Assembly: GCA_000091205.1 (NCBI GenBank) | Contig: AP006490.2 | DNA: 64,000 bases | Source: Cyanidioschyzon merolae | Lineage: Eukaryota | Reading direction: 5' to 3' (one strand) | Part shown: one piece after another, positions 1-12,383 of the stretch | How the letters are laid out: each line of letters begins with the position of its first letter | Numbering within the stretch: position 1 is the first letter of the stretch | Position numbers and translations under genes: made by a program | The notes under the pieces: generated by a model | Told to the model about the DNA's origin: nothing | Databases searched by the model: none | Seen by the model: only the letters and a program-made list of their open reading frames with translations

Positions 1-1380
1 TCGGCCTCCTGCTATCGGCTACGGCTTCCCTCTGTACACTTCGAGTTTGAGAGGCAGCCCCAGAAAGTTGGATCGCGTCAGTTCCGCAGGTATCGTTTTC
101 AGCACCGCACATCGTCTGATATTGATGGCGGCGCTCAAGTCTCGGTTCACGAACTCCATGCATGCTCTGCATCTGGCTGAACGCATCCATGAACGGATTC
201 CTAGAACTCGTGTGCACTGTTCCATTTGCTGCTCTGTCAGCTCTCCGTGCTTTTCTATCGCCGAAGCGCTCGCTGGCTTCTCTCCAGCTCGACCTTATGG
301 GGTGTGCGCCTCAGGTCATTCGTTCTTTTTTTCATGAATGCACTTGTTGATGACTTCAGATGAGCACCTTCACAGAGCGAGAAGGAGTTGCGGAGGGGAG
401 ACGAGATGTCCTCCGTCCCTCGTGTGTCAAAGTATGCTGAAAGCTAAAGCGATTCTGCCAGTGCAGAGAACATTGCGTTTCACAATAGAAAATACTCCTT
501 CGATGCGGTTGAAGCATGGCGAGTATATAGGAATCAAAAGCAGGTCCTCTCTCCGACAGAATCGGCAAAGGCTCCAACGCAAAGGAAATGATGAAATACC
601 ACACTGTCCAATAGAAGAACGTTGCCAAACCTGCAGGGGAAAGTCTTTATAGAATCGACGTAGGGGTGCTGTTGTATGCGCCTTCCGGAGGAGCGAAACT
701 GAGACCGCCAAACGAATCCTCTGCGTCTAAAACAGATGACGGTGTCGGTCTATTCGAGTTCGATCGTACATACAACACGCGCCTTATCCGCGAATACCCA
801 AGTACGCTCTGACCCCATCGCGCGAAGCAAGTCTCATCGACCGAAAAAAACAAATCGACGTCCTTGTGCATCATACTCATCGTGACGTTCCAGGAACGCT
901 GTCGTTCCGATGTCGGTGGAAACTGGCGCTGCTTGAACTATGATGCATCCTTTGCGACTGCATCTCAGTGATTTCAGGACCCCGCGAACAAGCTGGGGAG
1001 AAACAGAGGCGCCAGTGGTTGCTACGATCGTCGCTTTTGCTTTACGTGAGATGATCAACGGGTCGTTTTCCACCATTGACTACAAGCAGTCTTCGAGAAT
1101 ATCGGTTTCTGGCACGGAGCGCATATACTCGTTCGTTTCATTGTTCCATACTTATCTGAGTACTGTGGTATGACTGACCTCCAGGAGGAATGCAGTCCTC
1201 CTTGCTTTGTTCAGTAAAGAATGTATCTTAAAAGCAGTTCGTCTACGGTCCCTAGGATATATTGCATAGTGATTCCCATCTGTTATACACTGCGAAAAGG
1301 CACTCGATTCCACGTAGCACATGTGAAACAGCATTGAGTTGAAAAACGATAACGAGTAGCTATGAACCAAATTGCATACT
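1..1380 (-). mobile_element. Decayed TnpB/Fanzor-like element, copy A. The window start removes about 75 bp of its 3' end. Five consecutive minus-strand ORFs in shifting frames, 1076 down to 19, indicate a frameshifted gene of about 350 aa.
   Basis: Three regions align at about 75-80% nucleotide identity with copy B2 (29170-30670) and B1 (27000-27255): 994-1100, 1100-1370 and 1-230. The C-terminal peptide carries the TnpB hallmark motif. Confidence 0.55.
19..225 (-). pseudogene. TnpB/Fanzor-type C-terminal fragment: a Zn-ribbon followed by a DxNAAxNI RuvC-III-like motif.
   Basis: Translation reads 'CTRVLG...CRACMEFVNRDLSAAINIRR'. This matches the IS605 OrfB/TnpB C-terminus pattern CxxCG...CxxCG..DRDxNAAxNI..RRG. 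The upstream frames are broken. Confidence 0.55.
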
Positions 1381-1819
1381 GGGGCACAGCCAGCGGAAGC
1401 TTTATGCGCCTGCGCGACTTTAGGACTCCACAGCGGCGCTCGAGTTGGATCCTCGAGCGTGAGCCTAGTTGAGGCTCCGGTGCCGTACAGGCTCGCAGCG
1501 TTACCCGGCCAAACAAGTACGCGAGCGGGAGCCGTGTCGTGTTCGCGGCATTGACTCGTAACCGACAAGAGCGTTGCCAATCAGGCGCTCGGGGGGACAC
1601 CTGCTGGCTCACCTACGTGCGCGTTCGAGACGCTGCCTCAAAAGTCGACTGTCGTACGAGACTTTCTGCGTCGCAAGGAATAGCTTTTGGGCCCTAGGGA
1701 CGCGCGGTCCGTGTCCGTTGCGCGCACTGTCGAAGCTTTCGCTCTTCGTGAGGAAGTTGCGTCTTTAGCGAGAACTTTCGATAAATAAATCATCCACGAC
1801 TTTGAAGCCTTAGAACGCT

Positions 1820-2677
1820 TTGTGGGTCGTTGAAAGGTCGATGTCGCCAGCTGATTCAGAACCAGCTTCCCGTACGGAGAACTTGGATCAGAGCCCGACG
1901 AACCCGTTGGGCACCTTCTCTAACGCCGCGAGCGACACTTCAAAGTCTCTGAACGAGAATCAACAGCGAAAACGGCCTGCTTCTGTCGCCGGCATCGTTC
2001 ACGTACGTCGAATTCCCCCGGGATTGAGTGTCGCTGAACTCAGACGCATTCTTGAAAGGTATGGACGCATAGGACGCGTGTACTTGCGCAAAGAGCAGGA
2101 AAGTGAGCGACGCGAACGCATCATGCGTGGCGGCAGTCGTCGTAGGATGGCGTTGGAAGCTTGGGTCGAGTTCCTGGATCAGCAGAGGGCCGAGCAGGTG
2201 GCGGCTTTACTGAACGCAACCCCCATGGACCCTCAGCGAAGAAGGAGCCGATTTCACGGGGATCTGTGGTGCATTGAATACATCCGTGACCTGCAGTGGC
2301 ACCATCTTTCGGACCAGATGGCAGCCATGCGAAGAGAGCGCGTCCTCCGCATCAAGAACGAGGTGCATGCCTCACGAAGGGAGCGCGATCACTGGCTCGA
2401 GCGTCTGCGCGAGGCTCATGTTGACGCGGCTATCCAGCAAAAACGGCAAAAACGATTACAGCGAAACCCAGGAGACTATCGCGCGAAGTCAAACGAGTCA
2501 CGCGAGCGTAGGATGCCACCGCAGCACCGTCCACGTGCACAGCGTGACATCGCACCGACCGAGCGTGGGGTGGAAGCGAGCAGCACCTCGCCGGCAGATT
2601 GCGAACCGTGCTTGTCAAGCAAGGAGCCTTCCGTTGAGCGGATCCTCAGACAGATCGCAAATCCGACCTATACGTAA
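1820..2677 (+). CDS. ESF2/ABT1-like RRM-type pre-rRNA processing protein.
   Basis: 'GIVHVRRIPPGLSVAELRRILERYGRIGRVYLRKEQE' matches the ESF2/ABT1 RRM-like core (GIVYLSRIPPGM...YGEIGRIYL). The C-terminus is basic and arginine-rich. Confidence 0.55.
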   Translation: MWVVERSMSPADSEPASRTENLDQSPTNPLGTFSNAASDTSKSLNENQQRKRPASVAGIVHVRRIPPGLSVAELRRILERYGRIGRVYLRKEQESERRERIMRGGSRRRMALEAWVEFLDQQRAEQVAALLNATPMDPQRRRSRFHGDLWCIEYIRDLQWHHLSDQMAAMRRERVLRIKNEVHASRRERDHWLERLREAHVDAAIQQKRQKRLQRNPGDYRAKSNESRERRMPPQHRPRAQRDIAPTERGVEASSTSPADCEPCLSSKEPSVERILRQIANPTYT

Positions 2678-2833
2678 GTGGTGCACAAAAAATCCGTAGC
2701 ATGGTGCGATGCGAGCGAGCGCAGCACCCAGGAGATACAGCAGGCGAATGTGCCGGTATTCTCGCCCGGCATCCGCGTCCGGCAAGAATAAAAAACGAGC
2801 TCAAATCGGCCATGCACGCGAGATACTAGTCCT

Positions 2834-3907
2834 TCACCTTCCGAGCGCTCTGCGTAAGGCGAGTCCAAGTTCGGATGGCGTCTGGACAACATGGGCGCCT
2901 GCCTCTCGTAGAGCCTGCACTTTGCTAGTGGCAGTTCCGAGGCCGCCGCTCACAATTGCACCGGCGTGACCCATTCGTCGTCCCGGCGGTGCCGACAAAC
3001 CCGCAATAAACGACGCGACAGGCTTATGACTGGACTTTTCGCGGATAAATGCAGCAGCCTCTTCCTCGGCCTGCCCGCCAATTTCCCCAATCATCACGAT
3101 GCCGTCCGTGTTGTCGTCCTCAAAAAAGTACGACAGACAGTCGATGAAACTCGTTCCGTTGAAAGGGTCCCCGCCGATCCCAATACAGAGCGACTGTCCG
3201 AGCCCGGCAGCGGTCGTCTGTGCAACCGCCTCATACGTCAGCGTCCCCGAGCGAGAGACAACGCCGATTCGCCCTGGTTGCACAATCGACGTCGGCATGA
3301 TTCCCAGTTTGCAACGTGCACCTGGATGGAGAATACCCGGGCAATTCGGTCCCACGAGACGCGACATCTGTGTGCGTTCAAGCCGTCGCTTGATTCGCAC
3401 CATGTCCTGCTGGGGTATGCCCTCTGTAATTACGACAATAAGAGGAACTTGCGCGTCGATGGCTTCCTCGATTGCTGCTGCGGCGGCCGGCGGCGGGACA
3501 AAGACCACGCTCGCGTTGGCACCGGTCTCTCGCACCGCTTCCGCGACAGTTCCAAACACCGGAAGACCCAAGTGCTTGGTGCCCGCCTTTGAAGGTGAAA
3601 CGCCGCAAACGATCTTTGTACCGTAGGCTATTGCTTGTTCAGAGTGAAACGTACCGTGTTTGCCAGTGAAGCCCTGTACGAGAACCCGGGTCTCTGGGCT
3701 CACAAACGGGGACGGCTTCCCGCGGAAAACTTGTTCCGTGTTCTGTTTGGTCGATCGCGCCTGATGGGTTAAAGTCCGGTACACGGCCAAACCGGACACG
3801 GGAAGCTGCGCCCAGCGCCTGGTCCCGCGTTCGAGAAAACGCAACATGCTGCAAGGACTCTGACCGTAAACGCTGAGTTTCCCGTGAAGCAAACGTAAAG
3901 CGTGCAT
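2834..3907 (-). CDS. Succinyl-CoA ligase (ADP/GDP-forming) subunit alpha, with an N-terminal presequence.
   Basis: Matches the CoA-binding and CoA-ligase motifs: '[14 protein letters not shown]', 'PNCPGI', '[12 protein letters not shown]' and 'GHAGAIV'. Full-length colinear match to SCS-alpha across 357 aa. Confidence 0.9.
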   Translation of the reverse strand: MHALRLLHGKLSVYGQSPCSMLRFLERGTRRWAQLPVSGLAVYRTLTHQARSTKQNTEQVFRGKPSPFVSPETRVLVQGFTGKHGTFHSEQAIAYGTKIVCGVSPSKAGTKHLGLPVFGTVAEAVRETGANASVVFVPPPAAAAAIEEAIDAQVPLIVVITEGIPQQDMVRIKRRLERTQMSRLVGPNCPGILHPGARCKLGIMPTSIVQPGRIGVVSRSGTLTYEAVAQTTAAGLGQSLCIGIGGDPFNGTSFIDCLSYFFEDDNTDGIVMIGEIGGQAEEEAAAFIREKSSHKPVASFIAGLSAPPGRRMGHAGAIVSGGLGTATSKVQALREAGAHVVQTPSELGLALRRALGR

Positions 3908-4152
3908 ATCCCGCTTCCTAACCGTTCCTACTTGACGAGTCGATAGCGCCTAGAGCAGTCTCTGCAATCGACGTATCCTGCAGCAGTTTTGAGGACGTTC
4001 AGTTGACGATAGCATCATCCCGTGAGCCAATGTGGTCTCGATGCGGCATGTCGCGCGCGCCCCCAGCCTGAAGCGTGCGCGCATCGCCGGCTATGCCCAG
4101 GCCGATGGGTACCAGGGTGCAGATCCTGCGGATCTGACAGTTGGAGGCGATG

Positions 4153-4269
4153 TCCATTTTATACCAAGTCAAACTCGATGCGTCTGTGGCACTGTCCATC
4201 GGTTGCTCCGTAGGTATGAAGTTCACTTTGTACCAATTCAAAATCGATGCTGGAGGGCACTGTCCATTT
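4153..4269. repeat. Two imperfect 48-bp repeats with a period of about 69 bp, upstream of the SCS-alpha gene.
   Basis: 'tccattttataccaagtcaaactcgatgcgtctgtggcactgtccatc' versus 'ttcactttgtaccaattcaaaatcgatgctggagggcactgtccattt'. Confidence 0.7.
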
Positions 4270-4980
4270 CGTTCACACTTGCGATCTGGTAACGCGGGAA
4301 ATCCGCGGCGGGGCTTTGGCGCATGCATGAACGTGCAGCTCCTCAGGGGGCGGGGGGTCACGAAATCGCGATGCTCGTGACGACTGCAGCCACGGCAAAC
4401 GCTCATATGTCAACGAGTCCTGGATGCACGATGAGCACTTGTTGATCAGCTGCACCTATTCCATTTGGACATATGAAACTTTCAATTCGTAGAAGCGCGT
4501 TTTGTGTTGTTCTGCACGCGACGCTGTCGGCGAGAGCGGGCAATTCGTTGTCTCGTTCTATGACGTGCAGCGCGCCGCTGTCCGCCGCGAGCTGTCCTAC
4601 CACCGAGAGCAGGATACCGAGGGCGCTGCTGCGATGAGGACGCTCGCTTTCCGGATCATGACGACGTTGCTCGGGGCGCCACGTCCCGCCCGTTCCATCT
4701 GCTGCTCCAAACGAGAACATCGCGTCTAGTCAGTTGGATGCGGTGTCTACATTCTACTGGTTCACGCTAGGGGTTCACGCTACAAAGAGGCGAGCGCAGA
4801 TTCGCCGCAGATTCGCCGCATCTCCAGCCGAACACTGCCTGCTCTCGTTCCAAAGCAGCCCTTATACCAGATCCGAGCGAAGCGTATAGTGGATCATTCA
4901 AACCAAAAGTTCGACATTTGCCAAGGCTGCTCTTTTCCAGCGCGTGCATGGGTCACCCCATCAGCGAAAGCCAGCGGCGC

Positions 4981-6072
4981 TCACGATGGTTTCGCAGCGC
5001 GCTGACGGCACCTCTCTACGAGTTCCCAGTGCAGCGGCGTTCGCTGGCGCTCAATGAACCATCCGTTTCGCCATCGATATTCCTTGAATCCAGCAACGAA
5101 ATCAGGGATTTTCTTCGAATAATCGAGCAGAGACTGCAAGAGCTGCCCCCGATCTAGTGCATGCTTGCCTTCAAGCCCGACCTCGCGTTCCGCGATTGGA
5201 GCGAGTTCGTCAACGAGTTGTCGGACGCGGTCAGGCTGCTTTTCTGCGATCTCACCGACAGGCATGCCGTTTTGACTTTCGCTCAATACCCCAAAGATGC
5301 AAATCCATAACAGTTTCTCTATCATGCGGCAGTCGAATTCCTGTTTATCTTCGAGTACCGTGCACTGGCAGCCGCAGCTGCGCACACGAGCCGCAAACGC
5401 AGCGGCCCAGGGGCCCCAGACCACCGTTCCACCGCCGTCTGCGGGCGGGTCTCCAACGCGAGGCACCGCAAAGAACACGAGTGCCTGCGTAGCGTGTTCC
5501 AGGTTGTGCTCAAGCAGAAAAGAACGTAACATGCCGTTCTGCAGAAAAACAAGGTCGCCACGACGCACTGGCGGACACTTGGCCACTACTTCCGCCAGGT
5601 CATCGTTGCGGGTGCAGACGTAAATGGGACCTTTTCTCCCGCCCTCGATGCTGTCCTGTCTTCGTAAGAGACGTACCGGAGCCAGCTCATCTCCTTTCGC
5701 GCTTGCCAGCAACGTTCCGATACGGCCAGCACCAACAACTGTAGCAAGCTCGCCCTCAAGACTTGCCCCCAGCGTCATGATACCCGGAGAGCGCTCGGTT
5801 CGGTGTCGTCGACAGCTGGGCGAATTCAAGCGAGTTCCGCCGCACAGCCAGCTAGTAGGAGCACAGCGGGTATGCTGATGTATCCAGACTCCCGCTGTCG
5901 AGCTAACGAAGCCCAGCATCCTAGTCACAAAGCGCACACCACCTTTTCCCAGCCTTCGACACAAGTCCAACAGCACGTCTTTGAACTGCGTGCGAGCCGC
6001 TCTGATGCCGAGGCGTGCACGCAGTGGGATCACGGACCGAGTCAGCGGTGCCTGATGCATCAGCGTACGCAC
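4981..6072 (-). CDS. NAD(P)-binding oxidoreductase resembling ketopantoate reductase (PanE/ApbA). The true start may be the internal Met at about 5778.
   Basis: Rossmann motif 'VVGAGRIGTLLA' and 'LVFLQNGM' (compare PanE 'LLIHNGMG'). The N-terminal 98 aa are basic and may be a targeting peptide or spurious. Confidence 0.4.
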   Translation of the reverse strand: MRTLMHQAPLTRSVIPLRARLGIRAARTQFKDVLLDLCRRLGKGGVRFVTRMLGFVSSTAGVWIHQHTRCAPTSWLCGGTRLNSPSCRRHRTERSPGIMTLGASLEGELATVVGAGRIGTLLASAKGDELAPVRLLRRQDSIEGGRKGPIYVCTRNDDLAEVVAKCPPVRRGDLVFLQNGMLRSFLLEHNLEHATQALVFFAVPRVGDPPADGGGTVVWGPWAAAFAARVRSCGCQCTVLEDKQEFDCRMIEKLLWICIFGVLSESQNGMPVGEIAEKQPDRVRQLVDELAPIAEREVGLEGKHALDRGQLLQSLLDYSKKIPDFVAGFKEYRWRNGWFIERQRTPLHWELVERCRQRAAKPS

Positions 6073-7690
6073 GTGCGCAGTTTTCCTTCATGGATAAAAC
6101 GTTTCCTTGGGCCAGCGTTCTCCGATTATGCGCATTTTTCTTTTCTTTTCGGGTTTTTTCAGTGCACTGTGAAGTGTCCGTCAAACCCCTGCTCCCAAGT
6201 TACATTAGCTATACACGCTGTCGCAGGTGCGCATACGAGCACGCACAGGCGCAAGGATGATAGGTTTATGACTGACATATATGGATATTATTGTAAGTGC
6301 GGATCTGACGCTTCCAGCACAGGTAGGTGCGCAAACGTAGCCGCCTGGCATGCACATCCAAGATGGGCATGGTATACAAATGGACCTTCGAGCAACCGCC
6401 GGCTTTCTGCAGCCCGCTGCGCCCTACTTTCACTGGCGCGTCGTTGCTGGCGCTGAACGGCATGATGCTGTCCGTTCGGACCCAGTGCAGACAAATGTTG
6501 TCGTGTTTCGCTACCGTGTCAAAGCGTCATTCATCTGGTTTTTCTTTGGCCGATATCTGTGCACTGGGGCTCGCTTATCGCCCCGATCCGCGACATGCAT
6601 ACGGTCGACGGCGTATGGTCATCGTGCAATGAGCTGCTATCCTCAGAATCCAGAGTAAGAATCGCGCTATCGGATATCCCTGGCTAACGTTTAAGACCCT
6701 GCGTCCAAAAACTGATTCTCGGAATATACGGTTCCTATCGCCATATTTGAGGTCCTGGATGGAAAAAGGCGCCACCTCGAAAAGCGCTGTGCGGGGCATC
6801 CGCACGACTGAACGCAAGATCCTGGACGAAGTAAAAGCTAAAGCTCCAGCGTTGCCTATGCATTAGGGAAGCCTTTTTGAAGAAAAACTAGCAACCATGT
6901 AGTACAGCAATCATAACGTACAACATACCTATGAAGATCCTTCATGATATCACAAAGCGACTGACACGGCGAATATGCGGAGGCGAGTATTGGTATACCT
7001 CTATCTACAATAACAAGTTTAGGCATTCGAACAGGTCGAGAGCAAGGCCCCCGCGTGCGTACTATACTGGGAGAACAAGCATGTATCGTTCACATGCGCG
7101 CCATGCACCACCGTGCAGAAGCGTTCTTCAAAAGTAAATCTTGATGAGACGAACCAGGGAATATTCCCGCCCGCCCAAATTTGCGATTTCAATCGACATC
7201 CAGAGAAGAACCCACCAGTTAACCGGAGATACCCTCAATTCCACAAATCCTAAACTTGACTTGCTTCCGGGGATCATGGTTCGTTGAAGCAATCCTCCGG
7301 ATGCCGGGCCCAAAGTACGTGCCGGCGACGCTGTCGAGGCCGCCATACGCACATAGGTCTGCTTTGTATACCCTGTTGAGGGACGGATCGCTTGGTGAAG
7401 CCCGTGCATTTTCCCGTCCGCTCGAAGCCGCAATGCATCGGCTCGGCTAGCTAGGTGCGTTGTTGCCGAAGTCAGGGAGGTGCAGCGGCCCGAGCAGTCT
7501 CCTGCTACGCAGCGATCACTTCTCAGTAACAGAGGCCTGGGCTCTTCAGGACATGTGCATGTGATGGTCAGCAGTGCCTCCGAACAATGAACCAACTGTT
7601 CCGTTGCTTCCATGAACCACAGAGTCTATCGGCTCGCACCAGTCGCCGCAGTGCGCTAACGAAGATGCATACCTGCAGAAGAGGCTCCCG

Positions 7691-8236
7691 CTACCTTTGG
7701 TCGAGTTCTGCTCGGTCAAAGCGCGGAACTGCACTGCGCAGTCGTCGCATGTTTTCCTCATGCTCCTTCAGCGCTGCCTGTATTGACCTACGGCGCTTGT
7801 CGTCTAAAACCGCATCAATGAGACGCATTTGATGATGCCCCTCAAACAAAAGCTCTGGTTGGTCCGTGACAGGATCACCAGACAGGCCGCCGGTAGTCCC
7901 GAGAAAAACCCGGCGGCCCCGTCCAAAGTCCCAGCAAGGTACGCGCACAGACCAACGCGGTGTCGGTGTTAGTTGTAAGCGGAAGTATGGGAAATCGCAC
8001 AGCTCAACACCGAAAGCGACCTCTGACGAGCCGTCTATCCTGGATACGCAGCTCAGCACCGCGTTGAAGAGCGAGTAGTACCGCAGTTTTCCCTCTGCGA
8101 TGAAAGCCGGCGACGGGTGCAGCTCAAACTTGAGCGTTGGGCCCTCCCGAACCGACATGACAGGCCTGCTTTTCTCAGTGACCTCTCTAAGCGCTTCAAG
8201 TGGACGCAACGTCTGCGTCGTTGCACAACAGAACAA
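7691..8236 (-). CDS. Hypothetical protein, 181 aa.
   Basis: Isolated ORF with no recognised motif. The composition is not the R/A-rich junk typical of GC-shadow ORFs, so I retain it at low confidence. Confidence 0.2.
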   Translation of the reverse strand: MFCCATTQTLRPLEALREVTEKSRPVMSVREGPTLKFELHPSPAFIAEGKLRYYSLFNAVLSCVSRIDGSSEVAFGVELCDFPYFRLQLTPTPRWSVRVPCWDFGRGRRVFLGTTGGLSGDPVTDQPELLFEGHHQMRLIDAVLDDKRRRSIQAALKEHEENMRRLRSAVPRFDRAELDQR

Positions 8237-11200
8237 GTGGCGAAACGGCGGCTACTGCAGCGGTCCATTCCGAACTGCAATTACTTCAACGCATAGCAGA
8301 CTAGAATGGAACGGGTCCGCTTAGGTGACCCGGGCGACGACATTTTAGACCTATGCGAGAATAAAATGGAAAGATGTCAGCTTCATGAATTCTGGTGTTT
8401 ACGCGAACCCATAGGCCTGCTACCAGGATGATGAACACCGGCCGGTTGGCGCTCTTTCTGTCAATGCTTTCTGGTCTCCTGCATCGTATCTCCGATACGA
8501 AATACGCTGGACTGCCGTCTCTCGCAAGTTACGCTGCCAGCAGTCGACGGGTATTCGTGGCGGCACGGGAGTCCCGATTTCGCTGCATGGGGCGGTTGTC
8601 AACGCTTTTCATCCAGAGTCGGAAGTTGCAATCAGCGTTTCTCTTGCCATTGGCATATTCCTTGGACACATCCCCGGTACGCCATCCGCAGCGTCGGCAC
8701 TCGGCTGGCGTCAGACGTTCGGTGGAGTCCGCCAGAACGCCCCCTTCGATGGCCATCCTGTGGCTCGTCCACGCTTCCCTCAGCGTCCGGTACGTGCACT
8801 GGACGGGTACAGAAGGCTCTGCTCGATACCCAGTTCCGTTGACACAACCGGTGCCGCATCCTCTGATCACGCGCTCCTTCCACGCGATCCCGACGGTGAG
8901 TACCCTGCCTGCTGCGTGAAACAGAGGATCTGTGGAACGCGGTGTTGTCTGTGGTGAAACAAGTACCAGAAGGACTATCCAGACTGGAGACGAAACCGAA
9001 AAGCTTCGCTGCGTCTATGCTCCCGCTGTACAAGCCGGTGACGCACGCTCCACACTGACACCGGTCGCTCCGACGACTACAGCCCGAGCCCAGGACCCGT
9101 TTCCATGCAAACGCAAGTGGCTGAGGCCCCTGGAAGCGCACCCCGCGAGCAGCCCCATGCTGGTGTGGAATGGCGTTCCATCTGTGGCCGCACTGAGCGT
9201 GTGGAGGATTCGTCCTTCCAATGGATTCGGTTCATTGGCGTTACAAGTGCAGTGAACATGCGGCATGAGCTTGTGGAGCATCCGTCATGCGACGGCGTTG
9301 CGTTCGTTTTCTTCGCATGGCTCCAGCGGCACTACTCTGGGGCGCCCGCGAGGTCTCTCGGGATCGAAAGATCGAAAAGCTCAAGAACGGGTGATTCGCG
9401 CACGCTACGGGCAAGCGGGGTAGAGGCATCGAGGCGTGCACGTATGGACTGGGTGATGGCATCGAAGGCTGATTCTGGGGAACGTTCACCGGCTGGGTTT
9501 CGAATGATGTTGATTCTGGTGACGTAACGAAACCGGCGGTGGCGATGCGTCGAATGAGCCACACGGACACGGCATCAGAGAACTCTGAGACTACCTAGGA
9601 ACGGGAGAGCCCTCATTGCTGTACTGGAATGTCGAGGCTGGGCATCTAGAAAGAGTCTCCGAACAAAACGTAAGGCTGGAGCAGAGCGTGCAGTTCAGCG
9701 TTCCACGCGAATCTGACGCAAGTGTTTTTGCGGCCTTCTTCTGTGCGTTCGCTTGCATTATCCCTTGCGCCAAGACGATAGCGACTGTTGCAACGAATCC
9801 AAATATTTTTTCGATCGTCGAGTTGGCAACGAAATGCAGATCATAAGTGCCTACCAAAGCACCCTGCTGTAGAGCATGGAGTCTGCTGGATCGTGGACAG
9901 CGTCGAATCCAAGTCTGGCACTTGAGCAGCGCAGCATACGGACGGTGTTCGTTGGACACTGTCAAGAATTCACGTCCTGGGTATCGCAGCAAGATCAACC
10001 GCGCGTGTTTAGTTCAAACCCAAGAAAAGATGGGTCACTCGGTAAGCGATTCACGTCCTGTCATAATCGGAAGGCGCAGCTGCCGTGCTCGTCCCTTGTA
10101 CCTGTTTGACTGGTGCCGAGGGTTCGCATTCATGAACGCCTAACAAGGCTTCCAAAGGATTGCTGCAGGCCTCGTGGGTATCGGTGCTTGACTGAGAGCA
10201 TACGGGCTCCGTATCGAGTATTGTCTAGATGTTGAAGATTCGTGCACGTTCGGCACCAGAATCGTCCGATGTTTTTGGTTCGCATTGTACAGAAAACAGC
10301 ATACGTGGCATGGATACAGCCTAATTTGATGTTATCTGGTGCTCCAGTCGGCATGTCGTCTCTGTATCATCCGGCACAAGTCGAATTACTGAAGCAGGTT
10401 ACCCGGCAGCATGCTCTGTCACGGTTTCCGGTATCGCAACGTTCCCCGCAGTTTCTCTCGCGTCTGACGCACGCCCGGCACCAGGTTTTCAAGCATTTCA
10501 GTGCATATATGTGTATGTATGTATGTATGTGTGAAGGCCTCTCGGTCAACGCATGGGCCTGCATATGGATCAGAGCGCTTCACCGAATGATCTGCCATGG
10601 GCACGAAACCCAAGGCATTTTTGGTCTGTGGCACCCAGCTCAGACCAGAATATCACTGGGGCACTTATGAACGCGATGTGTGGTTTCATTGCCCGTGCCA
10701 CTGGCTGCTCCAGAGTGCGTTCCGCAAATACGCTTTGTCCATCATCATTCGACAGTCTATTTGAAGACATCTCTCGTATAACTGCTGCCACAGGTGCGGT
10801 GGCTCGCGTCGTCATCATGCGCTCCCGAGGCACAAGTTTCGCCTCAGGACGCCTCGACGCAACCTGAAAAACGCTTACTGAGCATCCTGCAGAGTCGCTG
10901 GATCGCCCGAGTTGTCCGCTATCCAGGGGCAGCAATTTTCATGGAAAATCACCAGAGGCCTCAGCCGAGATACCATTGGCGTCTCTGGATGATTCCGTTA
11001 CAGGCCAACGTGAGTCAGTAAGAGAAACCTCACACTCAGCACGGCAACACGTCGCAGGCGCGCACTAGTCGCGGTAGCCAATGACATGTTCAATGAACAA
11101 TCATCCGAAAACTTCGCATCGCAAATCTCAAAGTTGTTTCAGATTTTCTGAGGTATCTACCAGCGAGCCCTGCTACCTCGTCATGCTCAGAATCGATAAG

Positions 11201-12383
11201 CAGCGCTTTTGTAGGCCATTCCACGTGCAAATCCAGGTCGTGCTGCCCGTTTCTGTTGTAGCCTCCTGAGCAACTGGCGCAACATGCGTCCTCTCTAACG
11301 ACCAGTGACACGCTTTCTGGACGACCTTTGCGCCAAAAACCTCATACCCGGTGTTCTACAAAACAACCCCGACACTAGTATACGAACAGAAGCGCCTGCA
11401 ACCCCGCTAGGCTCGCAGTATGCATACTAGCAAACATTGTTGCCAGTGATCGATGAGTATTGGAGCATACGGGAGCGCCCCTACATTCAGTTGCAGGAGC
11501 CTCGATACCATCCATGGTAGCATGCGCGGGAATCGCGAGAAGCAGCACAGTGTTCCGTGGCTTGCCTGCATCGCCCGTGAGCGTTCTTCTGCAGGTGCTG
11601 CATCCTACCGGCACCTCTGGAATTATACTGTTTTGGCTCCAGAAGCGCTGCAGCGATGCGTCCCGCAGCGACAAGACCATTTCAGAGCGTGCTCAGTTCA
11701 ACGAGGAGTGCATTAAACATGAGCGTCTCATCAGTCCACAGTGAAGATCCCGGTCTCCGTCGAGGATTCGTGCAAGCCGCGATGCGGTACTATGGACTGC
11801 CTCGCGCGATCTACGCCCAGCACGGGACCTCGTTGCTTTTTTGGAAATCGTGGACGTAAGAGGATTGTGTCAGGGATTCGAAACAAAGCCGTTCCGGGAC
11901 CGAGAGATTTGCAACGTTCCAAGCGCTGCAACTGGTGGATGTCACAAGCCTAGTGCACCGCAGACGCCACGCACCGTCGATGCTGTCGCTCCGAGCATCG
12001 CTGGCAAGTCATACAAGGAGCGACTCATCAGGATTCCATGGCCGTTCGTCACGTACGATACAACCATGCGATGCAGCGTCAGACCAGATGAAAAAGTGGT
12101 CACTGAGCCCACCGTCCGTATCGAGTCGCTCGCAGATACACCAGCAACACACAGCGGATCCGTCTGCATCCGGGCCGATATGAGCCCAGAGCATGCTCCA
12201 TGGCGTGAGCAAACCATTGAGGCACGCCGGATACCGCCCAGTTCACAGCACAGATGCGTCGCCTCAGGGGGCTTATCAGCTTTGGTCTCAAAGCACTGCA
12301 TCATCCTTTCAGCGTCGAATCGTTGGCTTGTCATCTTTGATGCCAGTGGACACTAGGCCATGCCTGTGCACCACAGCTAGCTT

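Noticed and set aside
2966-3626. Plus-strand ORFs of 175-208 aa antisense to succinyl-CoA ligase alpha. The same pattern occurs at 44633-45553 antisense to PNPase, at 33043-33732 and 34828-35418 antisense to GBE, and at 60506-60901 antisense to LAP.
   Set aside because: They are shadow ORFs on the strand opposite high-confidence genes, with R/S-rich junk composition.
5803-6456. 217-aa plus-strand ORF
   Set aside because: It overlaps the 5' end of the minus-strand PanE-like ORF and has an S/A/R-rich composition. Probably a shadow ORF.
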